Positions 1-9,593 of a DNA stretch of 64,000 bases are shown here, piece by piece (within the stretch, counting starts at the first letter, position 1; every line of letters starts with the position of its first letter). The notes under the pieces were generated by a model that worked only from the letters and a program-made list of their open reading frames with translations, did no database searches and was not told the DNA's origin. The translations under genes were made by a program, and so were the position numbers. The stretch is from a virus (Duplodnaviria; Caudoviricetes), in IMG/VR virus record IMGVR_UViG_2882238243_000002, positions 64,001 through 128,000 of that record, one strand, 5' to 3'.

Positions 1-56
1 TAGATATGACGAAGTGTTGAAAATAATTAATAAGTAGGAAGGAGACGCCAAACGCT

Positions 57-329
57 ATGAAAAAATATGATTTCTCAGAATTAGGAATTAATAAATTTTA
101 TGATACTGTATGTGATGAATCAGCCGATAAAATTCATTCAGTTATGGAAGAGGTAAACAATTCACCTTTACAGATAACAGAGGAACAGAACGCACGATTT
201 AAAGAAATTTATGACGGTATAGCAATAATAATCACGATCGGAAATCAAACAATCTCTATTCCTAATAATGCCGACAATATAGATACTATTATAGCAGCTA
301 TTAAAGAATGTTTTAATCAAACATTGTAA
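57..329 (+). CDS. hypothetical protein
   Basis: 90-aa ORF with RBS (AGGAG); followed by a repeat site at 333. Confidence 0.7.
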   Translation: MKKYDFSELGINKFYDTVCDESADKIHSVMEEVNNSPLQITEEQNARFKEIYDGIAIIITIGNQTISIPNNADNIDTIIAAIKECFNQTL

Positions 330-458
330 CAATAAAATTCTTATTTAATTGGGTGGCATAAAGGGAAACTGATATGGCTCGCTGACGACATTTAGAGATG
401 CTATAAACAATAATGACCCATTAAAACTATTCATGTAAGCGAAAAGGAGATAACAAAA

Positions 459-635
459 ATGAAAAAACCGGACATTGAGAAAATGGACAATATGGATCTT
501 ATATACCTACTATGTATCAATCATACTAAAGAAACGAAAACGGCACGAAAAGAAGAAAAAATCTGTATAGAAACTTTATGGAAACGTGGCATAGTGAACA
601 AGGAAACAATGTTAAAGAAGTTTGATATTGAGTAA
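459..635 (+). CDS. small hypothetical protein (58 aa, below the ORF-track cutoff)
   Basis: AAGGAG RBS, ATG 459, TAA 635, followed by a repeat site at 642. Confidence 0.6.
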   Translation: MKKPDIEKMDNMDLIYLLCINHTKETKTARKEEKICIETLWKRGIVNKETMLKKFDIE

Positions 636-673
636 AACATAAGAAAGAGGTATTTCGTAAGTTTTTAAATTGC

Positions 674-702
674 TTGAAAAATTTCATATATTCAGTTATA
701 AT
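674..702 (+). promoter_or_regulatory. sigma70-type promoter of the HTH gene
   Basis: TTGAAA-17-TATAAT. Confidence 0.6.
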
Positions 703-727
703 AATTACATTATCGGAATAAGAAAGG

Positions 728-952
728 GTGATCTATATATTAACTACACAACAAAAAATAAAAGTTGCTTGTGACGTTGCAGGTATGAGTTTAACAGAAC
801 TTGGGGCAAAAATGGGAATGAGTCAAGCTAATTTTTCAAAACGTTTAAAGGTTGGGAAATTTACACAAGATGAATATATAGAAATGGCTAAATGCTTAGG
901 CTGTAAATATATTTCATGTTTTGAATTTCCAGATGGTAACAAAGTAGAGTAG
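728..952 (+). CDS. XRE-family HTH transcriptional regulator
   Basis: GMSLTELGAKMGMSQANFSKRLK helix-turn-helix pattern; the true start may be ATA at 737. Confidence 0.8.
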   Translation: MIYILTTQQKIKVACDVAGMSLTELGAKMGMSQANFSKRLKVGKFTQDEYIEMAKCLGCKYISCFEFPDGNKVE

Positions 953-981
953 CATTATACAAATACGTATAGTGCTTTTTT
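951..981 (+). terminator. rho-independent terminator
   Basis: AGCATTATAC/GTATAGTGCT stem followed by a T-run. Confidence 0.65.
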
Positions 982-994
982 ATTACATTAAAAT

Positions 995-1097
995 ATAACT
1001 AAAAAGTAATAAATATTATTAAAAGGTGTTGACATACCAAAATGGTTATGATATTATAAATATAACGAAACAGTAATTAAAACAACTATTAAGTGAT
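995..1097 (+). promoter_or_regulatory. ardA promoter with four ATAAC-N6-GTTAT-like operators
   Basis: TTGACA(1029)-17-TATTAT(1052) with extended TG; imperfect palindromes at 995, 1034, 1062 and 1082. Confidence 0.65.
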
Positions 1098-1117
1098 TAT
1101 GTAAGAAAGGTTAAAAG

Positions 1118-1666
1118 GTGGATAATATGACAACTACAACAAATAGAGATAATTCAACAATTAAGATTTTTATAACAAATTTAGGAAAATACAATGAAGG
1201 TCATTTGGTTGGCGAATGGGTAAACCTTCCAATGACAGAGGAAGAAAAAGAAGCAGTTTTGGAACGTATCGGAATTAATGAAGAATACGAAGAGTATTTT
1301 ATAACTGACTACGAAACAGATCTAAACGGCTTTAAAATCGGAGAGTATGACAGTATAGACGAGCTGAACGAGTTAGCCGATGAGTTGGAAAGTTTGGACG
1401 AGTACGAAAGGGAAATAATAGAAGCTTGTATAAGCAACGGATTAACATTTGATGAAGCAATGGAGCAAAAAGACGATTGTACGGTTTACTACAATTGTAA
1501 TGATATGTCAGACGTTGCGGAACAGTACGCAGACGAAACGGGGTTATTGAATAGTATTCCCGAAAACTTACAAAGCTATTTTGATTTTGAAGCTTTTGGT
1601 CGTGATATGGGTTACGAAGGAACATTTATTTTTACTAATAACGGTAACTGTGTACAAATTTATTAA
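1118..1666 (+). CDS. ardA: ArdA antirestriction protein (DNA mimic against type I RM)
   Basis: IFITNLGKYNEGHLVGEW, EYFITDYE and YFDFEAFGRD motifs; very acidic. Confidence 0.92.
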   Translation: MDNMTTTTNRDNSTIKIFITNLGKYNEGHLVGEWVNLPMTEEEKEAVLERIGINEEYEEYFITDYETDLNGFKIGEYDSIDELNELADELESLDEYEREIIEACISNGLTFDEAMEQKDDCTVYYNCNDMSDVAEQYADETGLLNSIPENLQSYFDFEAFGRDMGYEGTFIFTNNGNCVQIY

Positions 1667-1875
1667 TTCTTTAGCGGTGGCGGTTAAGCCGTGGGATATT
1701 CAGTTATCCGCCAGCTATTCAACTTGTGAAGTAACAAGTTACCATTTAACGGAATAACAAAAAGAGCGGAAAGCTGACACGCTAACCGCCCTAATGGAAT
1801 AGAACACTTGAAAAGTTATTTCTACTCACTATCGCAAATATGAGTATAAAAGTATTTTACATTCTTTTCAAGTCT

Positions 1876-1887
1876 GAACATTCGTTC
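1876..1887. promoter_or_regulatory. possible Firmicutes LexA (SOS) box upstream of antirepressor 1
   Basis: GAAC-ATTC-GTTC; no clear matching promoter identified. Confidence 0.4.
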
Positions 1888-2083
1888 ACTATTCCAAAGT
1901 TGGCACATTGATAACTTCATACGTTGCAGCCGTGAAGGATACGCAGAAATTACCCTAGATAACATGTAGGTGATGCTACAAGGGTATAAGTTGATTGTAA
2001 GACCTGGAACAGCGAATAAAGCGGATAATAAAGCCAGAGGAACTATAACGGAAGGATGCAACAAAAACCAAAAATAGAAAGGA

Positions 2084-2845
2084 ATGATTGGCTTGAAAAC
2101 AGAAGTAAAAGAAATACCGTTCAACGGTAACACCTTATTAGGTGTAAAAGATGCAAGCGGGCAAGTGTGGCTGGCAGTAAAGAAAGTGTGTCTTGATATA
2201 GGTTTATCAGAAGGACAGGCACAAAGGCAAATAACAAATATTCAAGAGGAAGAGCCGTTAAAATCCAACTGTTGCAAATTTGCAATAGTTCAAACAGAAG
2301 GAAATAGAGAGATAAAGAGAAAGCAACTATTTCTAAATGAAAAGGTTGTGACTTTATGGCTTGCTAAAATTTCACTAACTCCGACTGTTAAGCGAAAAAG
2401 TCCGGAAGCATATAATAAACTTCTGAAATACCAACTAGAAGCCGCTGACATACTTCACAAAGCATTTTATGAGACAGAGGAACAGAAGACTACTTTAAAT
2501 TCTAAAATGGGATTAGAAGGGCATCTTGAAATTTTACAAGTACAGATTAACAACATGGAAAACATGTTAGAAACACAAACGGAAAAGCTTGATAGAGTAG
2601 TTGAAAATATGACACTCTCAACCAGACAGCAACAAAAATTATATAAGGCAGCAAAAGACCGAATTAATTATCTGTTGGGTGGCGCACATTCAAAGAACTA
2701 TAAAGCTAATGCCAAAAGCTACTTTATTAACCTTTGGAATAGCTTAAAATCTCGTTTTGAGTGTGGCAGATACAAGGATCTGAATCCTATTTACTATAAT
2801 GAAGCGTTTGACTTCATTTCTGAATGGGAATATACAGAAGCATAA
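2084..2845 (+). CDS. phage antirepressor-like protein, copy 1 (P22_AR_N-like N-terminus + ORF6C-like C-terminus)
   Basis: IPFNGNTLLGV..VWLAVKKVC..IGL, LWLAKI, KYQLEAADILHKAF, C-terminal F..YKDL..Y.EA.FI.EW. Confidence 0.8.
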   Translation: MIGLKTEVKEIPFNGNTLLGVKDASGQVWLAVKKVCLDIGLSEGQAQRQITNIQEEEPLKSNCCKFAIVQTEGNREIKRKQLFLNEKVVTLWLAKISLTPTVKRKSPEAYNKLLKYQLEAADILHKAFYETEEQKTTLNSKMGLEGHLEILQVQINNMENMLETQTEKLDRVVENMTLSTRQQQKLYKAAKDRINYLLGGAHSKNYKANAKSYFINLWNSLKSRFECGRYKDLNPIYYNEAFDFISEWEYTEA

Positions 2846-2853
2846 CACAATGA

Positions 2854-2966
2854 CATAATTCACGTTTTACATACAGCTTGTAGTGGTCAAACGTTACAAG
2901 CTGATTTGTTCCACTCTGTAGAGTGATGGAAATAGTCTTGTATTTTCCTATTCAAAGAAAGTAGTT
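2854..2966 (+). ncRNA. conserved structured element, copy A (hairpin with GTCAAA loop)
   Basis: 12-bp stem at 2874-2903; homologous to 13468-13584 with compensatory changes. Confidence 0.45.
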
Positions 2967-2990
2967 GTTAATGGAGAATATAAAAACCAC

Positions 2991-3200
2991 TTGAAAAGTA
3001 AGTTTTATTTGAAGAATGGAGGAATTAACACAATGGATAATTACACATTAAAAAATTATAAAATTACTTTTGAAAGAAGTAATAAAAGTATCGGTTATGA
3101 TTTTTTTAAAGCAACTTCAGAAGCGGAAGCAAGGTATAATTTTAAAGAATGTTATAGGCATGACGTGTATAAAATTATATCAGTAGAACAAGTAAGGTAG
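2991..3200 (+). CDS. hypothetical protein
   Basis: ORF; likely start is the ATG after GGAGG at about 3033. Confidence 0.6.
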   Translation: MKSKFYLKNGGINTMDNYTLKNYKITFERSNKSIGYDFFKATSEAEARYNFKECYRHDVYKIISVEQVR

Positions 3201-3243
3201 TCTAACAGCTACCTTTTTATATTTAGAATGGAGGGTTAGACAT

Positions 3244-3546
3244 ATGGCAGCCTGTAAAACATGGAATTATCCAGAAACAGAAACTACAAAACAGTTTGAA
3301 AAGTTGTTTTCTAAAATAGATAACATTATTATTAATAAATGGTACCAGATTAATAATAATCCTACTTTTATTTATGAGAATAACAAATTTTATTATCACA
3401 TGGCCATAACAAAAAGGAATAGTATAGGGTTTTATATTGATGATTATGTTCTAAGTCGTAAAGGAGAATTGGTATACATTACAACGTATGGATATTTTAA
3501 GACCAAAGAAGATCTAATGAAATTCTTGAATAGTAAAACAATGTAG
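3244..3546 (+). CDS. hypothetical protein
   Basis: ORF with GGAGG RBS. Confidence 0.65.
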   Translation: MAACKTWNYPETETTKQFEKLFSKIDNIIINKWYQINNNPTFIYENNKFYYHMAITKRNSIGFYIDDYVLSRKGELVYITTYGYFKTKEDLMKFLNSKTM

Positions 3547-3561
3547 CGGAGGTATAAACAT

Positions 3562-3900
3562 ATGGAGAATATAGCATTAAACAACGGTCAAACCGTCTTA
3601 ATCGGCTCAAATAGAGACATTGTAGAAGTAGTTGAAGAACATTGCAGCTATGAACTTGCAAGCCTTATATCGTCAAGAATAGTGGATATAGACGCAGAAA
3701 GATTATATGCAGAAGAACGAGCACAAACTGATGCAGACAGTTATCTTTCAGATCTGGAAAGTAAAGAATGTTGTTTGCGTGACGTATTGGAAATTGCAGA
3801 AGGATTGACGGAATATATTGAAGATGCAAAGAGGATTAACAAGGACACTATTTATCAAAAGATAAATGAACTTATAAAACTAATCGGAAATGAATTATAA
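3562..3900 (+). CDS. hypothetical protein
   Basis: ORF with GGAGGT RBS. Confidence 0.7.
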   Translation: MENIALNNGQTVLIGSNRDIVEVVEEHCSYELASLISSRIVDIDAERLYAEERAQTDADSYLSDLESKECCLRDVLEIAEGLTEYIEDAKRINKDTIYQKINELIKLIGNEL

Positions 3901-4222
3901 AATGGAGGAATCAAAAATGGAAATCAAAAACTTATCACAATTAAAGAAAGCAATTGCAGCCGGTAACATATTTATTATCAAAGATCACAGAGTATCGGAG
4001 TTTATAGGGAAAAAGCGTAAAGGTAATGTAATTCAGACCAATGGAATATATTCCATTGTACCAGACGAACCAGAAAACAGAATTAATCAAGCCAATGGAA
4101 GAAAGGGTTCCTGGTTAGAATATGGTAAAGCTTCAGAATGGAAGTTTGATAATGGAATATGTACACTTTATAACGGAGAACATAAACCGGAAAATCTGGT
4201 AATGTCCTTCGTTTTTGAATGA
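3890..4222 (+). CDS. hypothetical protein
   Basis: ORF; likely start at the internal ATG after GGAGG. Confidence 0.7.
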   Translation: MNYKMEESKMEIKNLSQLKKAIAAGNIFIIKDHRVSEFIGKKRKGNVIQTNGIYSIVPDEPENRINQANGRKGSWLEYGKASEWKFDNGICTLYNGEHKPENLVMSFVFE

Positions 4223-4425
4223 TTGGAGGAAATAAGATGACGAATATTATTAAAGCAGGAACATATAAGGTGGAAATTGAATTTACACTAGAAGAAGATA
4301 CAGCAGAAAGCGTATTAGATAATATCTTTGAAGATGCGATGTATAATAACTTCAATGATATTTCTTCAAGTGATGTTGGAGAATATGTAAAAGTGAATGA
4401 AGATAATAAAAATACAATTATGTAA
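4219..4425 (+). CDS. hypothetical protein
   Basis: ORF; perfect repeat site immediately after the stop. Confidence 0.65.
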   Translation: MIGGNKMTNIIKAGTYKVEIEFTLEEDTAESVLDNIFEDAMYNNFNDISSSDVGEYVKVNEDNKNTIM

Positions 4426-4473
4426 TGAAAGACGAATTTCAAGCCTGTTTGGGCAGAAAGTAGGGGTTAATAT

Positions 4474-4674
4474 ATGAAAGAATTTAGAGTTGTAGACGAA
4501 GATATGAATGTTTACGGAGAATTTGATGGAATAGTGGCAGCTTGTAGAGAGTCAAATAAAGTTAGTGGTACTTCTGTATATGTGATGGATTTAAAAACTA
4601 AAACAATTAAAGAAATTTTATCAGATAAAACAGTTGAGTATTTTGCTAATTATGAACTAAGCCATGTCAGATAA
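4474..4674 (+). CDS. hypothetical protein
   Basis: ORF; stop codon overlaps a repeat site. Confidence 0.6.
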   Translation: MKEFRVVDEDMNVYGEFDGIVAACRESNKVSGTSVYVMDLKTKTIKEILSDKTVEYFANYELSHVR

Positions 4675-4710
4675 AAGGAAAATTTCATATAAGGATTGGA
4701 GGAAATTAAA

Positions 4711-4869
4711 ATGAAAATTAAAAACATTGATTGGGATGCAGACAGTGAAGATGTTTTATCCCTTCCGACAGAAGTAAATGTCCCAGAATGCATACCAGAA
4801 GAAGATATAGCAGATTACCTTTCAGACACTTATGAATTTTGCGTCAAGAGTTTTGAAATGAAGCATTAA
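4711..4869 (+). CDS. small acidic hypothetical protein (52 aa)
   Basis: GGAGG RBS; begins MKIKNIDWDAD. Confidence 0.6.
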   Translation: MKIKNIDWDADSEDVLSLPTEVNVPECIPEEDIADYLSDTYEFCVKSFEMKH

Positions 4870-4909
4870 TAAACAAAAATGACTTAAACGGTCGGAAAGT
4901 AGGCAGGCA

Positions 4910-5095
4910 ATGAAAAGATTAGGGATGTTTAGTGGAAAAATATACAGTGAAGAAGATAAAACTATGAATGAATGTAGTTTATGCATTACAGAAAAACAGG
5001 CAAATGATAACGAATATATCAGTAAAAAGAAAGAAGAAAATCTTTCTAAGTGTGGCGGTTGTTTCGGTTGCCCAATGTCTAATATGATGATTTAA
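4910..5095 (+). CDS. small Cys-rich protein (paralog of 6861..7073)
   Basis: MKRLGMFSGKIY..EC..CGGCFGC. Confidence 0.65.
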   Translation: MKRLGMFSGKIYSEEDKTMNECSLCITEKQANDNEYISKKKEENLSKCGGCFGCPMSNMMI

Positions 5096-5229
5096 TATTC
5101 AATCAAAAATAGATTTCAGTAAATGGTAGGAAGATAAACATAACATTAAATCGTTCTACTTATGGAAAATCAGAAACTAAACAGAGAATAACAGTAGGAA
5201 GGTAAAAGCCTTCCTTTTATGTTGCAAAA

Positions 5230-5493
5230 ATGGAGGAATTTAAAATGTTAGCACGAAAGAAGGTTATCTATCAACCATTTTCAGTATGCACCACGTTAGA
5301 AGATGTAAGACGGCAGCGCAGAATAACGAAAGCATATTATATTAAACAGAAGTTATTAGGTTTATTGATGCTTGTAATAGGCATAATTTCGCTCTTTACA
5401 GTACATGACGGTACATTTTTTATGATGTCTATATTGATTGGTTTGTACTTGGTATTTACGCAACAAAAGGTAACTATATTCAGAAAGGGGTAA
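5230..5493 (+). CDS. membrane protein (2 TM)
   Basis: two hydrophobic stretches; GGAGG RBS. Confidence 0.65.
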   Translation: MEEFKMLARKKVIYQPFSVCTTLEDVRRQRRITKAYYIKQKLLGLLMLVIGIISLFTVHDGTFFMMSILIGLYLVFTQQKVTIFRKG

Positions 5494-6036
5494 CAGCTAT
5501 GAGAATAACAGGAATAATGATCAATGGAATAGAAGTAATTCCAGAACATGGACACTATTTGTTACAAAAGGATAATACGAAAATGAGATGCGATTTCGGA
5601 GAATTAAATGAGTGTATACCAGAATTTGAAGAATATTTAGAGGAAGCAAAACAAAAATTGCAAACAGCATAAATTAACAGGAGGAGGATTTATCATGAGA
5701 GAAATAGATTTAATTCGTAACTACTATGCTCTTTTAATTAGCATTTGTAAACGGAAAAGCGCAAAAGAATCTTTAATTGATATGAGGATATCGCCAGAAA
5801 CAAAATAATACATATTGCCGGCTATTCAGTGAAAAATAGTCGCTTACCGTCAAAAACAAACGGATGTACCGGAAGGGAATTATATTTCTTTCGCTAACCT
5901 CGTGTAATTGGAGGTAGAAAAATAATAAAAACGCGGCTGGTAATTTTCAAAGGTTATCAGCCGATTTTAGAGAACGGTGTACTTCTCAAAGTAACAGGAA
6001 AACGCATTTCAATATAAGATTGGAGGAAATAATAAT

Positions 6037-6225
6037 ATGTTGGTTTATATAGTAAATGAACGCACAAACGGAAAAAACGGTTCCTTATTTGGTGGAATAT
6101 TTAGCACTAAAGAAAAGGCTAAGCAAGTAGCAGATAGAGAAAATAGCAGAAAAAATAAACCTAATGATGTATGGTTTGATTATGTTGGAATTGAAGTTGA
6201 TGATGATTTTAGAGCCAAATATTAA
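6037..6225 (+). CDS. hypothetical protein
   Basis: GGAGG RBS; flanked by repeat sites at 5996 and 6228. Confidence 0.65.
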   Translation: MLVYIVNERTNGKNGSLFGGIFSTKEKAKQVADRENSRKNKPNDVWFDYVGIEVDDDFRAKY

Positions 6226-6269
6226 CTTGAAATTCACATTTCAAGACTAATTAGAAAGGAAAAGGATAG

Positions 6270-6824
6270 GTGAAATATATGAATTTTTATCTAATACAAC
6301 GTGGGAGTTTTAAAGAATTAAATAATGATTATGAAGGGCTTACAGGTAGAAATGGGCTTATTGATTTAGATTATATGGGTTCATCAGAGTTTGAGTGGGG
6401 AGCAATTCCTAAAGCATATCGTAGAATTATGGGAAATAGAGAAAATTATATTTTTTATTATTGCCATGATATAAAAGACTACAGAGGAAAAATCCTTGTA
6501 ATTTTTTGCAAGAAAGAAAATGCAGAAGCAATTGAAGAAGAATTAAAAAGATATATTAAAGAACATTACCATCTCAAAGAGTTTTGTACTCTTCATGCAC
6601 ATTTAGAAGGGTCGAAAAAGAATAGGATGAATGAATATCAAATTGGAAAAGATTTTTTTTGGTGTATTGATATAGGAGAAGATATATCTGATTGGATGGC
6701 GTGGTTTGGAATGGATAAATTGACAGTATTTAAAAATATGATTGATAAAGATTATAACGAATGGTGGATGAAGAAGGCAGAGTCAGAAAGAATAGATGAA
6801 TATAACAAAGCATTGAATTGGTAA
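6270..6824 (+). CDS. hypothetical phage protein
   Basis: 184 aa with DYMGSSEFEWGAIP motif; flanked by repeat sites. Confidence 0.75.
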   Translation: MKYMNFYLIQRGSFKELNNDYEGLTGRNGLIDLDYMGSSEFEWGAIPKAYRRIMGNRENYIFYYCHDIKDYRGKILVIFCKKENAEAIEEELKRYIKEHYHLKEFCTLHAHLEGSKKNRMNEYQIGKDFFWCIDIGEDISDWMAWFGMDKLTVFKNMIDKDYNEWWMKKAESERIDEYNKALNW

Positions 6825-6860
6825 CATATATAATGAAATGTACCTTTCTTATGGTATAGA

Positions 6861-7073
6861 TTGGAGAAAAACGATATGAAACGTATGGGATTCTATACTG
6901 GAAAAATATATGATGATTCTGTTAATCCAGCAGACATTAAAGAATGTTGTCAGTATATCAATTACAAAGAACCTATTCTTGATGATGAAGAGCTGATTAT
7001 CAGAAAACGCAAGTTGTTACATGAAAGATGTATTGAATGTAACAGTTGTGAAGAATCGAAAAAAGGTGAATGA
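6861..7073 (+). CDS. small Cys-rich protein (paralog of 4910..5095)
   Basis: MKRMGFYTGKIY..ECC..CIECNSC. Confidence 0.65.
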   Translation: MEKNDMKRMGFYTGKIYDDSVNPADIKECCQYINYKEPILDDEELIIRKRKLLHERCIECNSCEESKKGE

Positions 7074-7101
7074 TGTCTTTCAATAGAGGAGGAATAACGA
7101 G

Positions 7102-7233
7102 ATGAAGTGGAAATTATTTTGTACTATTACAATGGGAACTTATCATATAGAGGCAGATAGTTTATATTCAGCAAAAAAGCAATTAGCAGCACAACTTGGC
7201 GTACCTGTTAGTTGCATAGATGATTACAGATAA
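7102..7233 (+). CDS. small hypothetical protein (43 aa)
   Basis: GAGGAGG RBS; stop overlaps the repeat site at 7231. Confidence 0.55.
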   Translation: MKWKLFCTITMGTYHIEADSLYSAKKQLAAQLGVPVSCIDDYR

Positions 7234-7322
7234 AATGCACGTTTCTTATGGTAGGTATTGTAATTATAGAAAAAAGTTAAAACACATTGAAAATACTTGT
7301 TTGATATAGAGAGGAGAAAACT

Positions 7323-7550
7323 ATGAAAGTTAGGGAATATATAATAAGATTAAGAAATGATAATCCAGAGGCGTACATGGTTGCCTATAAATCTCAAGAA
7401 GGAGACGGAGACAGTGCACATTTAAGCATCATATCTTTCCTGACGAAGTATGGTGATAGAAATATGGGTGACGAATATCATGATGATTTTTGTCATGCCG
7501 ATGGAACAAGAAATCTTAATCAATTCATAAAGAGAATATATACGGTATAA
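7323..7550 (+). CDS. hypothetical protein
   Basis: ORF with AGGAG RBS. Confidence 0.65.
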   Translation: MKVREYIIRLRNDNPEAYMVAYKSQEGDGDSAHLSIISFLTKYGDRNMGDEYHDDFCHADGTRNLNQFIKRIYTV

Positions 7551-7569
7551 ACAGAATGCTGATTTTAAA

Positions 7570-7770
7570 TTGAAAGGTAAGAATATGAGAGAAGATTTCA
7601 AAGTGGTTGAAAAGAATGGAAAACAATATAGAAAAAATCTTAATACAACAGGAATGTGCGTTTATTATTCTGATTTGAGGTGTGTATGCTGTAATCCAGA
7701 TTGTAGCTATAACTGTAGTATTGATGATGAAATAGAAGAACAGTTAGAAAATGATTTTCTGAAAAGATGA
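7570..7770 (+). CDS. small Cys-rich hypothetical protein
   Basis: CVCCNPDCSYNC; stop overlaps a repeat site. Confidence 0.6.
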   Translation: MKGKNMREDFKVVEKNGKQYRKNLNTTGMCVYYSDLRCVCCNPDCSYNCSIDDEIEEQLENDFLKR

Positions 7771-7834
7771 AATCGGAATTTAGTCTGGATAAATATTATC
7801 AGTAGAACTAAATTAAACTTTAAAGAGGTGAAAA

Positions 7835-8050
7835 ATGGTAAATAATGAATACCCAAAAACAAGCAGGACAAAGTTAAGAGGAAAACCTCTTGATGATGAT
7901 TGCAAAAAAGCAAATACAACTACACATGAAATGGGTATGAAAGATAACAGGGTATTTTGCCGTGGATTATATGCGTGTGGTGGAATGTCGGAAGATATTG
8001 ATAAAAAATGCCTTTTATGTGGAGCGTATGTATTTAACGATTTAAGTTAG
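7835..8050 (+). CDS. hypothetical protein
   Basis: GAGGTG RBS; CxxC motif. Confidence 0.6.
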   Translation: MVNNEYPKTSRTKLRGKPLDDDCKKANTTTHEMGMKDNRVFCRGLYACGGMSEDIDKKCLLCGAYVFNDLS

Positions 8051-8058
8051 GAGAAAAT

Positions 8059-8199
8059 ATGGAAAATATTAAAATGATTGTAGAATCACTATTGGGAGTA
8101 GCGGAGGCTACTTATGAAGTATGCACAGATGAAATCGAAAAGGCAAGAATGGATGGATAAGTAAGAGCGTACAGAGAAGTTCTTTCTCACCTAAATTAG
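8059..8199 (+). pseudogene. small gene with an internal TAA
   Basis: AGGAG RBS; MENIK..RMDG*VRAYREVLSHLN*; internal stop at 8158; final stop overlaps the repeat site at 8191. Confidence 0.45.
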
Positions 8200-8219
8200 C
8201 CTTTCGAAAAGGAGAATAT

Positions 8220-8480
8220 ATGACAGATAATGATTTAAATGATTTGGCAATACAAACGATGAGTAGTTTAATTGAATATTACGGTAATTCAGACAGCAGA
8301 AGCATTGATTGTAAAAGGGCAAAAAATTTATTAATAAAAAACTCTTTGAAAATTTACAAGGGTAATTATACATGTCCCTCCTGCAGCACATTTAATTCTG
8401 TATGGGAAAGCAGAGAACATACAGTTAAAAACGATGTTGTGTATTGTTGGCATTGCGGACAAAAAGTTCAATTAAAATAA
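8220..8480 (+). CDS. zinc-ribbon protein
   Basis: CPSC...CWHCGQ. Confidence 0.7.
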   Translation: MTDNDLNDLAIQTMSSLIEYYGNSDSRSIDCKRAKNLLIKNSLKIYKGNYTCPSCSTFNSVWESREHTVKNDVVYCWHCGQKVQLK

Positions 8481-8595
8481 ATTAGTCTTTAATGAGGTGT
8501 TGAACATTGAAAACTTAATATTGATAGTTAGTGGTATTGTGGTACAATATAGGTATTGATGAGTAGTAAATTGGAACTTTGGAGGAGATAATGAA

Positions 8596-8724
8596 ATGAA
8601 AGTAATGATTAAAATGATTGCTGCCGTAATTATATTTCTAGTTTATTATATTGTGTTTTGTGCAATAGAAGGTATAGATATGGGTGACCCATGGAAAAAA
8701 TTAATGAAATGGGCAAAAAGTTAA
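8596..8724 (+). CDS. small membrane peptide (42 aa) with its own promoter and terminator
   Basis: TTGATA(8521)..TGnTACAAT(8543) promoter, GGAGG RBS, hydrophobic core. Confidence 0.55.
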   Translation: MKVMIKMIAAVIIFLVYYIVFCAIEGIDMGDPWKKLMKWAKS

Positions 8725-8763
8725 TTGGTATAGTCCTTGTAAATTTAATAGTCTTGAGATATC

Positions 8764-8800
8764 AACTACTAACTACAAATATTAAGTTAGTAGTTTTTTT
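8764..8800 (+). terminator. rho-independent terminator
   Basis: AACTACTAACT/AGTTAGTAGTT stem followed by a T-run. Confidence 0.65.
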
Positions 8801-8988
8801 ACGCGAAAAATAGCTAGTTAAACTAAGCATTAGTGGGTAAGAAAAGATGAAACATAGGTTTCAACCGGCACTGGGTTGTGTCGCTGACCATTAAAAACTA
8901 ATGGTAGATATTTCAAGATTATAGTATAATAACAATAACAGAATATAGTGGATAAAGACCTACATGGTAGGCAGAAAGAGGTATAGGA

Positions 8989-9201
8989 ATGGTAGGATTG
9001 ATAATTATAGGTGCAATAGCTTGGATAGCATGGCAAGTACTTAAAGACGTATCTACAACACCGTATGATCCGGGTTCGTATGGTGGTTCACATGAAGCGC
9101 AGACGAAATTCAGACAGGATATCTCAAAAGTCAGTTTTGGTGAGATGTCACAAAGGGAACTTGACAGAAATACCCGTAACGGAAAATATAGAGACAAATA
9201 A
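8989..9201 (+). CDS. single-TM small protein
   Basis: N-terminal hydrophobic helix; C-terminal MSQRELDRNTRNGKY. Confidence 0.65.
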   Translation: MVGLIIIGAIAWIAWQVLKDVSTTPYDPGSYGGSHEAQTKFRQDISKVSFGEMSQRELDRNTRNGKYRDK

Positions 9202-9214
9202 GGAGGAGTTTATT

Positions 9215-9490
9215 ATGGGAGTAGCAGAATTTTTTATAGGATTATTTTTGATTTTAGGAACTTATATTTTTATTAAAATGCCAAGATGGAAATCGGACAA
9301 TAGGGTATCACCGCCAGGATATACGACAGACTATCATAAAATGAACGTTGACAGAAATAATGGTATGAATCAGCGTGATATTGATAATAAAAATATTAAT
9401 GGTGGTTATGATGTGAAAGCAGATAAAAACGGTTGTCCGGACAGAAGTGAAAGCGGAACAAATTGGATGTATGGCGGAAAATCTGAATAA
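9215..9490 (+). CDS. single-TM small protein, distant paralog of 8989..9201
   Basis: AGGAGG RBS then ATG 9215; MNQRDIDNKNINGGY. Confidence 0.65.
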   Translation: MGVAEFFIGLFLILGTYIFIKMPRWKSDNRVSPPGYTTDYHKMNVDRNNGMNQRDIDNKNINGGYDVKADKNGCPDRSESGTNWMYGGKSE

Positions 9491-9593
9491 GGAATGAAAG
9501 TTGAATATGAATTATTATAAGAGAGCCACTGGATAGTAAAAATCTGGTGGCTTTTGTGATTGGAAAATAGTATAATATGGAGGTGTATTAATA

